Source of the DNA: Chrysomallon squamiferum
Taxonomy: Eukaryota > Animalia > Mollusca
Assembly (NCBI GenBank): GCA_012295275.1
Contig: CM022666.1
Coordinates: forward strand, 14,508,001 to 14,572,000
DNA length: 64,000 nucleotides
Direction: 5' to 3'
The notes under the pieces were generated by a model, which worked only from the letters and a program-made list of their open reading frames with translations, was not told where the DNA came from and did no database searches. A program made the translations under genes and the position numbers. The number at the start of each line of letters is the position of its first letter. Within the stretch, counting starts at the first letter, position 1. Positions 28,953 through 47,100 of this stretch are shown here, piece by piece.

Positions 28953-29362
28953 TAAGGTTAAATTCAGTAATCAAGTATTTTGAGTTAAGTGAATTCTCCG
29001 CTGAAATAAAATACCGAAGATACTGTTATATTTGTTCGTTTTGTTGTTGTTGTTGTTTTGTTTTGTTTTTTCTTCTTTTTTTTCTTCCTTAATATTAACG
29101 GCTAAAATATGTAATATAGATAATATATAATTTATATAAAAGTATATCATATAGGTTGTAAGTAATTTGAAATATATATCATAGATTGGATGTAATTTCT
29201 TTAACTCTTTTATATCCTGTAAGTTTATTTTTAATTATAAAGTTTTTTTATTTTCTTCTTTCTCATTTTAGCATTTGCAACATTCGTATATTACAAAGTT
29301 GAATCAGAAAGAAAATAGTATAAATTTATAGATTCTGTTTTAGTTTATTTCGTATAAAATAT

Positions 29363-29397
<35 letters not shown>

Positions 29398-30119
29398 TTT
29401 GTTTGTTTGTTTGTTTGTTTATTTATCTCATTTAAAGACGATGTAAAAAAATATATATATTTTTTCTGTTTCACTTATTACTTATTTTCACTTTCGTATG
29501 AGCAATAATTTCAAGAATATTATTTTAATTTCTAGTACAATAAATAATATAATAAGAGTAACTTGTTACGTGAAGTACTTGAGAAAGTCCAATGTGAATG
29601 TGTCACGTATAATTTGGTGCTGTTTTTAATGTACATTCGTTGCAGACTGCTGCTAACAGTGAACATATATACAAGTTTAGATTTTGTTTCTTTAACATTT
29701 ATCATATAAAACTTCCTATTTCTTATTATCTACTTCTCCTTTAAAAAGGAAGAAAACAAAAAGAAAGAAAATAGGATAGAGAAAATTGTAACATATTAAT
29801 AAATAAATAAATAAATAAATAAATTAATTAATTAATATCTACTGTTTTTTACGCAAACCAACGACAGAGACTAGTTTAGTTTACATGGAACTGGTAAATA
29901 TAGTAAACTTTGTTATTATCATAAAATGACGCATTCGCTGTCTACCTCAGTTAGTATTGTCCGTATTTAACGACCATTTTGCTGTTTTATGCAAGGTGAA
30001 AGGACACTTGTTGAACATTTGTGGTTACGTCTAGTTTGCATTAAGAGTAGAAATAATGTCGAACTATTGTCTAACTGCTTATGTTATTTATTGTTCGAAT
30101 GGTTTATAATCGCTAATAT

Positions 30120-31140
30120 TACTAATAATACCCTACTACTACTACTACTAGTGATACATAATATGTATATACACTATACTATACTATAAATACAAAACAT
30201 GCTGTAAATTATAATAAATACTATTACTATTAATATCCTACTACTACTTGTACTGATACATAATATGTATACACACTATACTACACTATAAACACAAAGA
30301 ATGCTATAAATTATAATAACTACTATTACTACTAATAGACTGCTACTACTACTAATGTATATACACTCTACTATACTATAAATACAGATTATGCTATAAA
30401 TTATAATAACTACTATTACTACAATTACCTTGCTACTACTACTAATGTATATACACTATACTATACTATAAACACAAATAATGCTATAAATTACAATAAC
30501 TACTATTACTACTAATAGACTGCTACTACTACTAATGTATATACACTATACTATACTATAAATACAGAATATGCTATGAATTATAATAACTACTGTTACT
30601 ACTAATACCCTGCTACTACTACTACTAGTGATACATAATATATATATATACACTGTACTATACTATAAATACAGGATATGCTATAAATTATAATAACTAC
30701 TGTTACTACTAATACCCTGCTACTACTACTACTAGTGATACATAATACGTATATACATACACTATAGTATACTATAAATACAGGATATGCTATAAATTAC
30801 AATAACTACTGTTACTACTAATACCCTGCTACTACTACTACTAGTGATACATAATATGTATATACATACACTATAGTATACTATAAATACAGGATATGCT
30901 GTAAATTACAATAACTACTGTTACTACTAATACCCTGCTACTACTACTACTAGTGATACATAATATGTATATACACTGTACTATACTATAAATACAGAAT
31001 ATGCTATACATTACAATAGCTACTGTTACTACTAATACGCTGCTACGACTACTACTCTACAACTACTAGTAGGACGTGGAATACTAAGGATACTTAACAT
31101 GCTGTACACACTGAACTCTACTATAAATACAGGTTATGCT
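30120..31140. repeat. AT-rich ~90-100-bp minisatellite, about 10 units
   Basis: Recurrent TACTATAAA(T/C)ACA...ATGCT(A/G)TAAATTA(T/C)AATAACTACT. Single-unit relative at about 63040-63140. Confidence 0.9.
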
Positions 31141-31933
31141 ACAATCACAGTCTTTACGGTATAACATTTCTTCTGGTTAACGTAACGTGTATAACATTGT
31201 AATCCTTGTTTAGCAAGAAGAAGGAAATCGGAGGAAATGATACGAAATAAATACATAAATAAATAAATAAATTAAATTTAAAGAGTTGAAACAAAATCTG
31301 AACACTAAAAGAAAAGTTTAAAATAAACTGATAGAGATGGAGAGTTTTAAAACATTGTTCTTGAAATAATTAGGACAACAAAATTCTCATTCAAACTTGA
31401 ATGTTTTATTTCTTGTTTTAAAAGTAGTTTAAGCGCAGGAAAGTATGTAATTTCTCGACCTTTTGTTTATTCATGCTTAATATCTGTATGATTACATTTT
31501 TGTGAAAGTTAACTACAGTTAAGGAGAGGACATCACTATGTTTACATCATAAACAAACATTCGCACGAACTGCTCAGGTGAGATGTACTTGAAGTTTTAA
31601 ATAAATTGTACGTGATGTCACACACTGGTTGAACTAGTGAACCAAACAAAGAAAAGAGAGGGAATGAACAGATAAAACTATTTAACTCACGTATTTGTTT
31701 ATTTGCTGTTTGTTTTGATTATTAATTAATTAATTAATTAATTAATTAATTTATTTATTAACAAAAACTTTGGAGCAAGACAGAAATCTAAAATATTTTC
31801 TTTTTAAAAGTTGCTATATACTGTTGTTATATCAGTTATGCGTAGAACAAAAGCGGACTCTTCGAGTGTAAACAGTAGTATAAACAGTTATCAGGAGCAA
31901 TAATATTTGTTTATTTATTTATTTAATTTCAAA

Positions 31934-32133
31934 NNNNNNNNNNNNNNNNNNNNNNNNNNNNNNNNNNNNNNNNNNNNNNNNNNNNNNNNNNNNNNNNNNN
32001 NNNNNNNNNNNNNNNNNNNNNNNNNNNNNNNNNNNNNNNNNNNNNNNNNNNNNNNNNNNNNNNNNNNNNNNNNNNNNNNNNNNNNNNNNNNNNNNNNNNN
32101 NNNNNNNNNNNNNNNNNNNNNNNNNNNNNNNNN
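31934..32133. other. Assembly gap (200 N)
   Basis: Run of exactly 200 N, typical of a fixed-size scaffold join. Confidence 0.99.
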
Positions 32134-32294
32134 GAAGGTTCCTTGCTGCTGAAACCAAAGAAATATCCTATTTCACATTATCAAAGTACACATTAGAGTC
32201 TGATTCTCTGTGAGAGTAAATTACAGGTGTTCAGAGTGGATTGTTAACAACTTGTTTGTGTTTCTTCATGTAAAATCAGTGTGTTTGTTTTCAG

Positions 32295-33187
32295 TACAAT
32301 TCGAGAATTGGAGGCTGAGCTGGATTATGAGAAACTTTGACAAGAGAAGTTGAAAGCCCAGTTGGATGAATACAGGAGGGAAATGTTCTGTCTTAACTCT
32401 CAAGTAGAACTTCACTGTGGTGAGTGAGATATTTTTAATCTTCATTTGCTGTTGATAAATATATAAATAAGTTAATGATTTAAGAAGTAAGTGAGTAAGA
32501 AAATGAATAAATAAGTTAATACAGTAAATAAATATGTAAAAAATAAATAAAATAAATAAGTTGGTAAAGGAATAAGTGAATGAAGGAATAAATGAATGAT
32601 TGGGTAATTGGATGAAAAAATGAGTGAGTGAGTGAGTAAATGAATTAATGAATGAATCTTTTTGGAATATATTTTATCTTTAAATAATTACTATAACTTG
32701 GATATTTCATTCTTAATTAACTATTGTTATAATCATTTGAAAGAAAGGAACAATCTGAAACAAGCTAAAGAAATAGTGAAATTAATGTAGGTAACACTAA
32801 AAAAAGAACAGTTTTATTGTGAACCTGTCAATCTATTTATCCATTGACTGACACACCCACCTATCTCTCTCTGTATTCTTTCTGTATAGCTATCTCTGTC
32901 TTACTTTCTACCTGTTTTTTTATTTTTATTATTATTATTATTCTGTCTTGGTGTCTCCACATTTACCTCCCTCTCTGTGTGTCTGTGTGTCTAACTGTGT
33001 GTTTGTGTTTCTGCAGGTTAGTGATGATGAGTATCACACCAGGTCAGGTTGTGTGAGGAGAAGAGCAGACTCAAGTAAACAGAAAAGTCAGGATGATGTC
33101 AGGTTTTTTTTCAGACAAAATTACACACCAGTGAAAAAACCCTCAATCAGCTCATTTCAGAATTCTCTAGATCAACTGACACTTTGA
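32295..33187 (+). pseudogene. ANKRD42: ANKRD42-like partial pseudogene, copy 4 (exons 32295-32419 and 33017-33187)
   Basis: Same coiled-coil exon with the shared TGA plus a 2-nt deletion. Last exon reads VSDDEYHTRSGCVRRR. The 5' part is hidden by the N gap. Confidence 0.75.
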
Positions 33188-34560
33188 ACTCTTAACAATG
33201 ACAATTTTTATACAGTTGATATCTTTGTATTCACTCGGTAACGAAGTGTTTTGAGTTAAGTGGATTCTCAGTCTGAAATAAAATACCAGAAAGGTACCGT
33301 TATATCTGTTGTTGTTGCTGTTTGTTTCTTCCTTAATATTAACAGCTAAAATATGTAATATTGATATAATTTATATAAAATAATGAAATATAGATAGTAT
33401 GTAATTTATATAAAAGAATGAAATATAGATAGTATGTAATTTATACTTTTCTTTTAATTTTAAAGTTTTTATTTCATTTCGTTTTGTTAGCCAAAAAATT
33501 CATTTAGAATTTCAAATATTATTTCAAACATTCGTATATTACAAATCTGAACTAGAAAGGAAATTGTATAAATTTATATATTCTGCTTTAGTTTATTTTG
33601 CATTAAATGATTATTTATTTATTTATGTAATTATTTATTAAAAATGTAGAGAAAAAAAAAAAAAAAAAAAAAGTAAATTAACCAATTTTTTAGATAATTA
33701 TCATAATTACTGCCATGTAGGTTGGTACTGAAGTTATTTCCCTTAGACCACATTTAGAAAACGGTGTAACAGGTGAACATGCATTTGTGTACTGGGAGAC
33801 ACAGAGAAGAGTATATATTGCGAGCAGGGCCTCTAGATAATAATAGTTTATTCCAGTGAGAAAAACACAACAACAACAAGAAAAAAGAAAACACACACAC
33901 ACCCAAAAAAAAAAAAAAAAAAAAAAAAAATAAAATTTTTAAAAGATCAAAAAAAAAAAAAAAAAAAAAAAAATAAAAAAAAAATCCCCTGTTTTAAAAA
34001 AAAAAAAAAAAAAATAATAATAATAATAATAAAAGTAAATAAACCAAATGTATATATGATTATTAAAATTAAAGCCATGTAGGCTAGAATTGGAGTTATT
34101 TCCCTTGGACCACATTCAGAAAACGGTTTTAACAGGTAAACATGTATTTGTGTACTCAGAGACACACAGAAGAGTATATATTGTGAGCAGGGCCTCCAAG
34201 AGAAATTTTGCAACGCGGTACAACACCCCTTTCTCAGGCACCGAGACAGGCAAAGATTTTTCTCAAAACTGAGGATTTGATGTCCAGTAAATCTACTTGT
34301 AAACTCTCATTAATGCTTTAGTTTCATGATCTGATATAACATAATGTATCAAACATATTCAATTAATGAAGAAACATAAATCAGTATTTACAGTTACATT
34401 CACCAGTCGCCTTTTAGTTTTTTTCACAGTGAAAAGTGTATGAAAATGCAACATGATAAAAAAAAAGAGTATGAATTTATTTTATTTTATTTTATTTTAC
34501 TTTATTTTATTTATTTACTTTCAAAATTAAGTCTATTTTAATCAGTTTTATTTAGTAGTG

Positions 34561-34600
<40 letters not shown>

Positions 34601-35029
34601 AAGTAGCAGAAGTAGTCACAGTAGTAATAAATAAAAAGTGAACAAATTAAAATTCAATAAAATTAAGACAAATAAAAGTACGCAAGGAAAAAGTAGATAA
34701 AAAGAAAAAAAATGGAAAAAGGAATAAAAAAACAAATAATAAATAAATATTAAAATAAAATAAAAATAAATGAAAGGAAAAAGAATGAAATGCAAAGGAA
34801 AACAACAACAACAAATAAATCAATCAATAAATTAATAATAATATTATAATAATAATAATAAATAAATAAATAAAATATCAAACTAAAGAATACTGAATAT
34901 ATGACATCAAACAAGGAAATAGGCAAACAGAAGTAGTGGCAGATAGACAGACAAACAGATAAATAAATGAATAAACATTTTGTACAAACATTTATAATTT
35001 AACTGTAATTAAATCAGCTTTGAACTAGC

Positions 35030-35096
<67 letters not shown>

Positions 35097-35710
35097 ACAA
35101 ATGAAAAGAGAAGATTGTAGAAGAAAAAAGACACAAATGTAAAGAAAAACAAAAAAAGCTAAATGACAGAATACAGGAAAGAATGAAGAAGTTAAAATGA
35201 AATTAATAAACAAAATAAAAAATATAATAATAATAAATATTAAACTAAGGAAGGAAACAAAGAAGGAATGAATGAAAAATGTCACAGCAATCATTTTTCT
35301 ATATAAACATTATACACATTTAGCAGTAGAAACAAAAATCAGTTGTTGGAATATCACTTTTATTACTATTTTCTTTTATTAAATCAATCAATATCCACAG
35401 ATTTCACAAAACATTACTATTGTCATAATTTACTGCAGTAGCAATAAATATATGAAATATTAGATCAACAATTCATTTCAATAAAAACTATGTAAATTCT
35501 AGTCTCCTTTCACTCATTATTTAAATGAAATCACAGTTTAAGTGTTTAAAATAAAAACTAATTAAAGGGAGATAACTGATTCGATTCAAAGCAAGCATAC
35601 AGGGGTATTGCAGCCATTAATATGGAGCTGAGACCACTAATTCACAAATAAAATAAAACAACAATAACAAAAATAAATAAATAAATAAATAAATGAAGAG
35701 AAAAGTAACT

Positions 35711-35789
<79 letters not shown>

Positions 35790-35792
<3 letters not shown>

Positions 35793-36465
35793 ATTTTCAT
35801 TTTATGTGTTAAGATTCTTGAAATCTTGGTAGTAAATAACAAAGATCTACATGGGATTGAGATAAACGGTAAAGAATTTAAATTTCAAGAGTTTGCCTCA
35901 CTGTTTGGTCTTAAAGTTAACACAAGGAAATCTAAAATTGTAAAATTAGGCAAAGACCGTAATGAAGAGCCCGATCAAATAGCTAGAAAAACACAAATTC
36001 AGAATTATTCAAATCCATTTAGTAATAAAATATAACTTTTGACCACTAGTTACAGTTTACAATGGCTCTCTGTTAATAATGATAAAAATATTATAAATTG
36101 TCTTTACATACTGATCAAGAAATAGTACAAATGCCAGAAATTCATAACTGTTCAGAAGAACAGCTTAAAATAAATGTTTGTAAAAAAAATCCACAATTAC
36201 TGAATAACAGAAACTACTTGAAAACATGAAATAAAAGCGAAAATAAAACGGCAGTGTTTTTTGGTTTAGAATTCTGTGACAAATGGAGGAAAAGTGTGTA
36301 TCTTCTTGCGTTCAAGCTAACTACAGACACAGGACTTAGATATTTTCAGCAGAATATTTTGTTATTTATCTTAGTGTATATTCTCTTGTGTTCAAAACTA
36401 CTAAGACTTAGATTTTTTGTATTATATGGTATAAAAAAGATTGATATAAATGTCAATATTTTCAT
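35790..36465 (+). mobile_element. Second copy of the L1/Tx1-like fragment (segmentally duplicated)
   Basis: Near-identical to 2628-3560 but with a single copy of the 96-bp unit. Confidence 0.75.
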
Positions 36466-36500
36466 ATGCTTACTGAAGATTTAAGCACATATTCTGTGGT

Positions 36501-36575
<75 letters not shown>

Positions 36576-36651
36576 AATAGTAATACTAAATACTGCAGCC
36601 AAGGCCAATTTAGGATCCTCCAGACACACTTCTGCAACAAAACATTGTACA

Positions 36652-36898
<247 letters not shown>

Positions 36899-37453
36899 TG
36901 CAATTGTTACCTCTTTGAAGTCATGCAAAAGGTAGCGGTCTCCAATACAAATATCATACAATTTGTGTTGCTTTACTGAACAAGTTGACAATATAGGTGT
37001 GTATATTTTATTTTTCTGTTGTTAGTACTGGAACCTCCATGTTGACCTTTTCAGTCAGAACTCATTTATTGTTTTATTAAAGGCTTTCCTAATCATGGGA
37101 AGGTGCAGCTAAAAGATGACTTCTTGCTAATCAGTGAGAGTAGTTCTCTCAGTAACACAGTTCATGTTGCTAATATCATCATCCAGAAAGAACTTGTATA
37201 TCTTACATTAATAACCTTTAGTATAAAGTAATAAGAATTAATAAATAAAAAAACAGAAACAACAAAAATATACATATTTATTTTTTATTTAGTAAAAGGA
37301 CAATGAAATTAAAAGGAACCTGCAATAATGCAATAAATTATCGTAACACATAAAAGATGGAAATATAAGAAAAAGAAATGAAATTCATGAAAAATATTTA
37401 AAAAGTACTTGTTTTAAAATATTAATAAAACCCAGGTAATGGTATATAAAAGT

Positions 37454-37913
37454 ACTGTAAGTTTATGTGAAAATAAAGTGAAATATAAAACATTAATATC
37501 CTACTTATCTGTACAAACACAGTGTAAGTCTATGTGAAAATAAAGTCAAATATAAAACATTAATATCCTACTTATCTGTACAAACACAGTGTGAGTTTAT
37601 CTGAAAATAAAGTGAAATATAAAACATTAATATTCTACTTATCTGTACAAACACAGTGTGAGTTTATGTGAAAATAAAGTGAAATATAAAACATTAATAT
37701 TCTACTTATCTGTATAAACACAGTGTGAGTTTATGTGAAAATAAAGTGAAATATAAGACATTAATATCCTACTTATCTGTATAAACACAGTGTGAGTTCA
37801 TGTGAAAATAAAGTGAAATATAAAACATTAATATTCTACTTATCTGTACAAACACAGTGTAAGTTCATGTGAAAATAAAGTGAAATATAAAACATTAATA
37901 TTCTACTTATGTG
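37454..37913. repeat. 67-bp minisatellite, about 7 units (paralog of 4764-5089)
   Basis: Units start at 37454, 37521, 37588, 37655, 37722, 37789 and 37856. Confidence 0.95.
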
Positions 37914-39278
37914 CGTAAAGAAAAACCTGAAAGTTCCACAGCACACAACAGACAAATATCTTGTTGTGTGAAGATGATAGATAAATTTGCTGTCTTTTTT
38001 TTTTTTTTTTTAATTATTTTTTGTTCACTGATTCACAAAATAGCTCTGCTTCTGAATATGCAGAAATTAGCTTGTTCCTGACACCAAAGTAAAACTGACA
38101 TTAGAGCCACATTTCCATTTAAAGTCTATTTCTCTTTTTTATGATAATAGTTAAAATATTTTATAGGCTCTAAATTTATTGATTTTCCATTATTTTATTT
38201 GATTTCTTCTTATTATTTTTTGTTAATAAAGTATGGTAATAAAATAATAAACTAATGCAGCTGAAAATGTTTGATTACATGATTTTTTACACATTTTGAC
38301 ACACTGAGGCTGTAGATACAGTGCAGTGATATACTCAGTCTTTTAGGATTTTATTTTGTTTACATATTTTTATTTTATTATTTATTATTTATTTATTTAT
38401 TTATTTTCATTTTGGTCATTTGTTTTAGCTTAATTGATTTGATCTGACATATATTTTTTTTATTTATTCATTTATTTCAGTTCAGTTTATTTACTTAATT
38501 ATTTATTTATTTATTTATTTATAAAGGAAGAAAACATTTTTCCTGTCATTGACTTTTACCGTACAATTTTACCCGAATATATTTCACTTACTTAGCAAAA
38601 CCACTTAATATAATTAACTAAATGTCCATTTTACAGCATGTGTCGTGCTTTTATTTTTATTTTGAAATTTCTACAAACTTGGATACTGTATATATTGCAT
38701 GCATGACTAAAGAAGTTTGGTATGTCCTTTCCTGTCTGTTTCAAAGTTAGATGTAAAACATTTATTGTTTTCTTTAGTAGTTGGAGATGTATGGTTTAAT
38801 TAGCAAGTTGATAATCATGTAATGTTTATGAAAAAGAGTTAACATGTCAGGTTATGTTAAAATGTCATGTATTCAAGAAATAGACAAATTATTGAAAAAT
38901 TCTCTAAAATGTAATATTTTAATATATTTAACAGATACTTTTTTTTACAGTATTATCCAAGGATATCATTGTTTATTTGTTATTCATCTGTTACCACAGA
39001 ATTTCATGTTTCATCAAATGAATTACTCAATGAATATGTAAGGTGTAGTGGAATTGAACCATCACAGAGAAAATCTAATTTTATTTTGCTGTGTCCACTG
39101 AATTTGGACATTCTCACACTGTTTATGATGGGTGTGTTTTACCTTAGTGGTGGATTTTCTGTAGTTCAGTGTTGGGTATATTATAGTTTGTTTGTAGGTG
39201 TAGAGCAGTTTCATGGTTGGTGTACAGAAAATGTATGGCACAACTCCACAAATACTAATTGTTTTATGATGTTTTCAG

Positions 39279-41420
<2,142 letters not shown>

Positions 41421-42264
41421 ATCCAAATGTTTTTTTTATTATATAATTAAATAAGGTCAGTTCAAAATTAATTTCATCAGTTTTCATTTCTTCTTTATTT
41501 CTTAAAGACATTTTGATTTATTTCATAATTCATAACTTTTTTCATTCCTTCTTTCCTTTCTACACATTTTATAACCTTAATTGTTTAAGATGTTGAAAAA
41601 TAACTGACTTGTAAATTGTCCACAATGATTGTGAGAGATTCAGTGTGTGGCAAAATCTGAAGAATTCATATTCTTAATTTTGTTTGAATGGTTATTTACT
41701 TATATATGTGTCTGTTAATGTTAAAAAAAGGCAGGATAATAACAGCTAAGACACATCAAATAAATAAATAAATAAATAAATTAATAAAATAAATAAATAA
41801 ACAAAAATCAAAAATAAACACAACACAAAATAAATAATGAAGAAAAGAAGAACTATTCTGGATAGTAAAATGAACATGTTACATAACAGTAATATAATAT
41901 TTACATTTTTAATTATTTTTTAATTTAAATTTCAATAGAATTTTGTTTTTTAAAATAATAATTTATTTGAGTCAGAAAAAAAAAAGAACAATAATAAAAA
42001 AAAAAAACGCCAAAAAAACAGAGCTATTAAAATAAATCAATAAATAAACAGGGGGAAAAATAAATGAAAAAAAAAAAAAAAAAAAAAAGAAAAAGAAGAA
42101 GAAACAAAGAAATAGACGGTAAAAGTTAATAAACCAACTATATACATTATTACATAATTATAGCCACTAGACTAGTACCAGAGTTATTTCCCTTAGACCA
42201 CATTCAGAAAACAATGTACATACCGGATAAACAAGCACATACAAAGATTGCATGTTTTCTTCTT

Positions 42265-43590
42265 TCAAAAAAACATTGCCCGTCAATCCTGGAGGACTCT
42301 CAGTATAGCCTCAATGTTCTTTGTTGACGGAGTTCACTGCTTCTGTCCTCGCACTTCACTTCGTTTCAGACTCAGACTTAACAACCATGGGCAGAGAATT
42401 TCTGTGTTTTTGAATAAGAGTAAAACACATAGAAAGCGTTGTGATAGCTCTGTGACCGTTGTAGCTCCATTTCGTCTTTCTCTAGCTGTTTGAAGGTGTC
42501 GTCAATCAAGCTCTCAGCGACCTTCTGGCTTATCTGGTCAGTATAAGGAAGAACTGTCTAACACACACTACTTTCCTCTGAAAAATCAACTTCCACATAC
42601 ATCATTTATTTTGACATCTGCTGACGGTGTGCTTCATCAGGAGTCGAGTCGAACATGACACCACAGTAGTACTTGTCTGTACGAATGCTTCTCAGTAAAC
42701 TCTGGCTAACAGTGGATGCCATCAGATGGATGAAGTCATTCTGGACACCTGGTGAAAGATAAGACATGGATCCAGTAAGGCCTTTCACATAGGTCAAGCG
42801 TTCTTTCGTGATAGGGTCAAACATGGCCAGTAGTTTCACCTAGCTAAAACAATTTTTTCCCCACATTGGAGCCAAGATCATTATCTTGCTGAAGTCGCCC
42901 TCCGTGTCCTCGCAAAGTCAGGTTCTGAGTTCCAAGGTATTTTATGCAGTGAAGGATTCTTGTTAAACTATCACGGCACTTTTCGTTCTCTGTGACTGAA
43001 GTTCCATATAATTCTCCACCTAATATTCTTTCCGTTTCTTTCCACTGGGTGAAGCACTTCATTTTCATGAACTATAAACCTTTCAGTTGAATTCCACTGG
43101 CTGAATCCACTTTCTTGCTCCTATGAGGACTGATGGTCAGACCTGGGATACAGAAGACAACAGGCAAAATGCTGAGATTTTAGAAGGGGAATAGCCCAGC
43201 CCAGAGCGAGTCACTTCTTCACCGTAACCATTCCCCAGTTTTCTGTTGAACCAAGTTTTGTTCACTGAGTGGTTGTTTGTTCGTAGAAAAGGACCCTCAC
43301 TGTTCTGGAAATGGTTCGAACCCAACTTTATTGTTAAAGAACTTGTGTAAATTAGTCTGTAAAAATATAGTTCTTGTAATAATATAGTAATATGCTAAAA
43401 TATAGTAATCTATGAAATTTAATGTTCTTATTAAAAATGTTATTTCTTTATTTTAGGTAATTTTAAGAAGACAATGAGACGTATTTTTATTTTTTATTAT
43501 TTATTTTTTTTTTTTTTTTCCACAAAGATGAAGGAAAGTGAAATGCCCCCTTCTGTTGCTATACCTGCCATACCCTAGATACACCCCCTG
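42265..43590 (-). mobile_element. Degraded, internally deleted hAT DNA transposon (ZMYM1/DUF4371-like transposase)
   Basis: Broken ORFs read LAMFDP..SYLSPGVQNDFIHLMAS..YYCGVMFDSTPD and CIKYLGTQNLTLRGH. The terminal sequence (minus strand CAGGGGGTGTATCTAGGGTATGG) ends at 43590. Confidence 0.85.
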
Positions 43591-44299
43591 ACGGCCACAA
43601 TTGGGCTAAAATAGCACTTCGTAGATTTCTACTAAAATATGAATGACTTAAAGATATTACTCGTACTTATATTAACATTTATTTGTTTAGTTTCACACTG
43701 GAATCAATTTTAAAGGCAGTCTATCAGAAACGATTTCAAGAATATTTAATTTCTATTAATATAAATAATATATTAATAATAACTTATTAGGTGAAGTACT
43801 TGAGAAAGTCCAATGTCCAATGTGAAGAGTTCTACTATTATTACGGTTAATGTACTTGTTGTTTTTCTGTTGTTAGTGGTGATGATAGTAAAAGGACGGT
43901 GGTATTTTCGATGTATCTGTTTATTCGTAGTAGACTGTTGTTGATTTGAACATGTATACAAGATTAGATTTTGTTTCTTTAAAATCCTTCGGATAAAAGT
44001 TATTTTTATATTACTTCTAAAAAAATAGGATACACAAAATTATATTTATATGTATATTTCTCTGTTAAATTTCAAACAACTGATTGTTTCGTTTAAAGGC
44101 TTCTTTTGCGTTTGCATTTGCATTTTAATGTTCAAATGGTTTATAACCACCACTGTTACAACTAATACCCTGCTAGATAATGATGTAATAAAATTAATAG
44201 CATTGGATAAAAAGACAGATTACTCCTGTTGTTTTCTATAATCCTTTGCTTAGGGTCTAAGCGGGGGAATGACCATACATATTTCCATTGTTTTTATTC

Positions 44300-44348
<49 letters not shown>

Positions 44349-47055
44349 AACGTGGTCTAAGGGAAATAACTCCAGTAGTGATCTACGGGACAACATATTA
44401 AATATACTATTTATTTATCTTTTTAAAATCATTTGTTTTTAATTTAATATTTAATTAATTAATTTATTTATTTTATATCCTTATATTTTATTTTATTTAT
44501 TTCTTTTCATGTTTTCTTGTTTTTTATCCTACTTTTTTACTTACATACACACACACATATATATACCTACCTATCTATCTACCTACTTCCTTCCTACCTA
44601 CCTACCTACCAACATAAATACATAATAAATAATCATTGGAAGAAAATAAAAGATATGAATGTTTCAGATTTTGCTATAGATTGTATGTCTCATAGTCATT
44701 GTATATAATTTATAAGTCTGTTATTTTTCAGCATGTGAAACAATATATGTAATGAAAGGTTAGAAAAATATGAGATCGAAAGAAAAATACAGATGCACAC
44801 AGACACACACAGGCACACACACACGCACACACACACACACACACACCCACACACCCAACGATCATACACTATGTAAACGGACATAGCCAGTCTGATAATA
44901 TGTTGATCTTAGTTTAGCTTACACGTATTAGACATCTGCTATTAATAAGATATTATCAGATCAAAAGTGTTTTTGTTTTTTCTGTGACGAATTCTTATGT
45001 ACTCTCTGATACGATACGCTATGATTTTATTCTTATTTTCCGCTGCAGAAAATATGTTATATAATCTGCTATCACACAGGGTGGCTATACGCACATTGGT
45101 AGGTTTTGAGAATTTACATTTGTATGTGTGTTTGCGTGTGTGTGTGTGCATGTATCTGTTCTTGCGTATAGATGGATGGATGGACGAATGGTGTACATAT
45201 TTACGGCTATTTATTTACTTAAAATTAAACTGAATAAAACAGTATAATCCAATTACATAAAAGAAAAGAACAAGAAGAAAAGAAGAAAATCTATCTATCT
45301 ATCTCTCTCTATATATATCTAATAATGTTTCTATGAGAAATTGCGGATGGACGGAATGGTATGTTTTGTATTTTTCTAGTTCAAATGAGTAAAGTGGAAT
45401 GTAAAATAAATTAAAATGATTAAGTGAGGTAACTCTTCTGTATAACAGAGAAATATTTTATGTAACAGAATACTTTCCCTTTATTACGACTTCATAAGTC
45501 CAGCAAGAGGGATCTTGAAAAAGTATTTAAAGAAAATTTGTTTGGATTTATAGTGAATATATATATATATATATATTTTTTTACTGCAACAAATAATAAT
45601 AATAAAAAATGAAGGATAGAGAAAAATAATTAATTGTATTCTAAAAACTGTAGGATCTTGACATGGGTGTAGCCAAATCAATCTGTCAACCTACCTACGC
45701 ATCAGTGTATCCACCTATATACATATCTGTCTCTTTCAGTAGGAGATATCATCGTTATGGTTACATCATAAACAAATATTCGTTTGATCCACGCGTGTTA
45801 AACCAGAGACAAAAAAAAAAAAAAAAAAAGATAAAAAATAAAAAATTAAATTAAATAAAATTAAAAAAATATATACATATATTTATCCACTGAAATTATA
45901 TGTAAAGTAGAGAATAAATAAATGAATCAAGTAAATAAATAAATAATAAATAATTAATAAATAAATAAATGAAATAAAATAAAATAAAATAAAATAAAAT
46001 AAAATAGAAAAACAGAAATCAGGTAAACGATAAAAGTAGTTTTCCAATTTTCTATTAAAATATAACAAAGAAAACTATACATTATTTGTGGGAAAGAAAG
46101 AAGAAATGTATACACAGAGACATGCAAAAAACACGTGTAACTTGATCAGGATGCATAAATTCTTAACGAGACTGAGGCATATAAAATGTCAGGATCTAAT
46201 CTGTTCATCGTAATCTGAGCCGCACAGGTGGACAAAGAATCGAATAAACTGTTTAAAATGTGCTTAGTAATTGTATGTTGATATACACATAGCTTGAATG
46301 TCTCTCAAATTACTTCAACGTGGAAAAGCAACTTAGCATGTTTATACAGTAAGAAGTATTACAATTAAACACACACAAACAAATTAATTAAATTACTAAA
46401 TAAAAGTAAAAAAAAAATAGAAATCTTGTATAAGAATATTTATTCACTGTGATCAATCTGGTTTTAAATGTACATTCATAAGTATACTGAAATAAAACTA
46501 TTTTGAAACATGAATTAGATTTTTCAATACGGAACGAGTGATAACTGAAGAAAATTGTGTTGTAAAAAGTCGCACTCTTTACTATTTCAGTTTCCTTGCC
46601 TCGTCAGAGATCGCGACTGTCACAGGCGTGCTTCACAGCGGCTTGTTCTGATTAGCTCGTTCATTTTTCACTCTCTCTCACTTTCACTCATTATTTCATA
46701 TTCTCTAATATTCAGAAGAAAAAAAAATTAACTGCGCAATTAGTGATAAGAATGCAGTGTCTCATTTGCGTCTGACCATACGAATAAGTTAAATTAGTTA
46801 TGTGAAAAGTTGTCATTGCTATTGCTTATATAAAAAAACCCCAGGTAATCACGTATTTTTATACCAGAAGTATATGATAAAATTACATACTCATACACAC
46901 ATCTGATTCTCTGATATTCAGAAGAAAAATTCAGCTACACAATTACAGTCATTCATTCATGTGTGACAATCCCAAAAAGTTAAATCAGTGATGTGAAAAG
47001 TGATCATTGCTTATATACAAAAACAGGTAATCACGTATTTTAATACCATGAAAAA

Positions 47056-47100
<45 letters not shown>

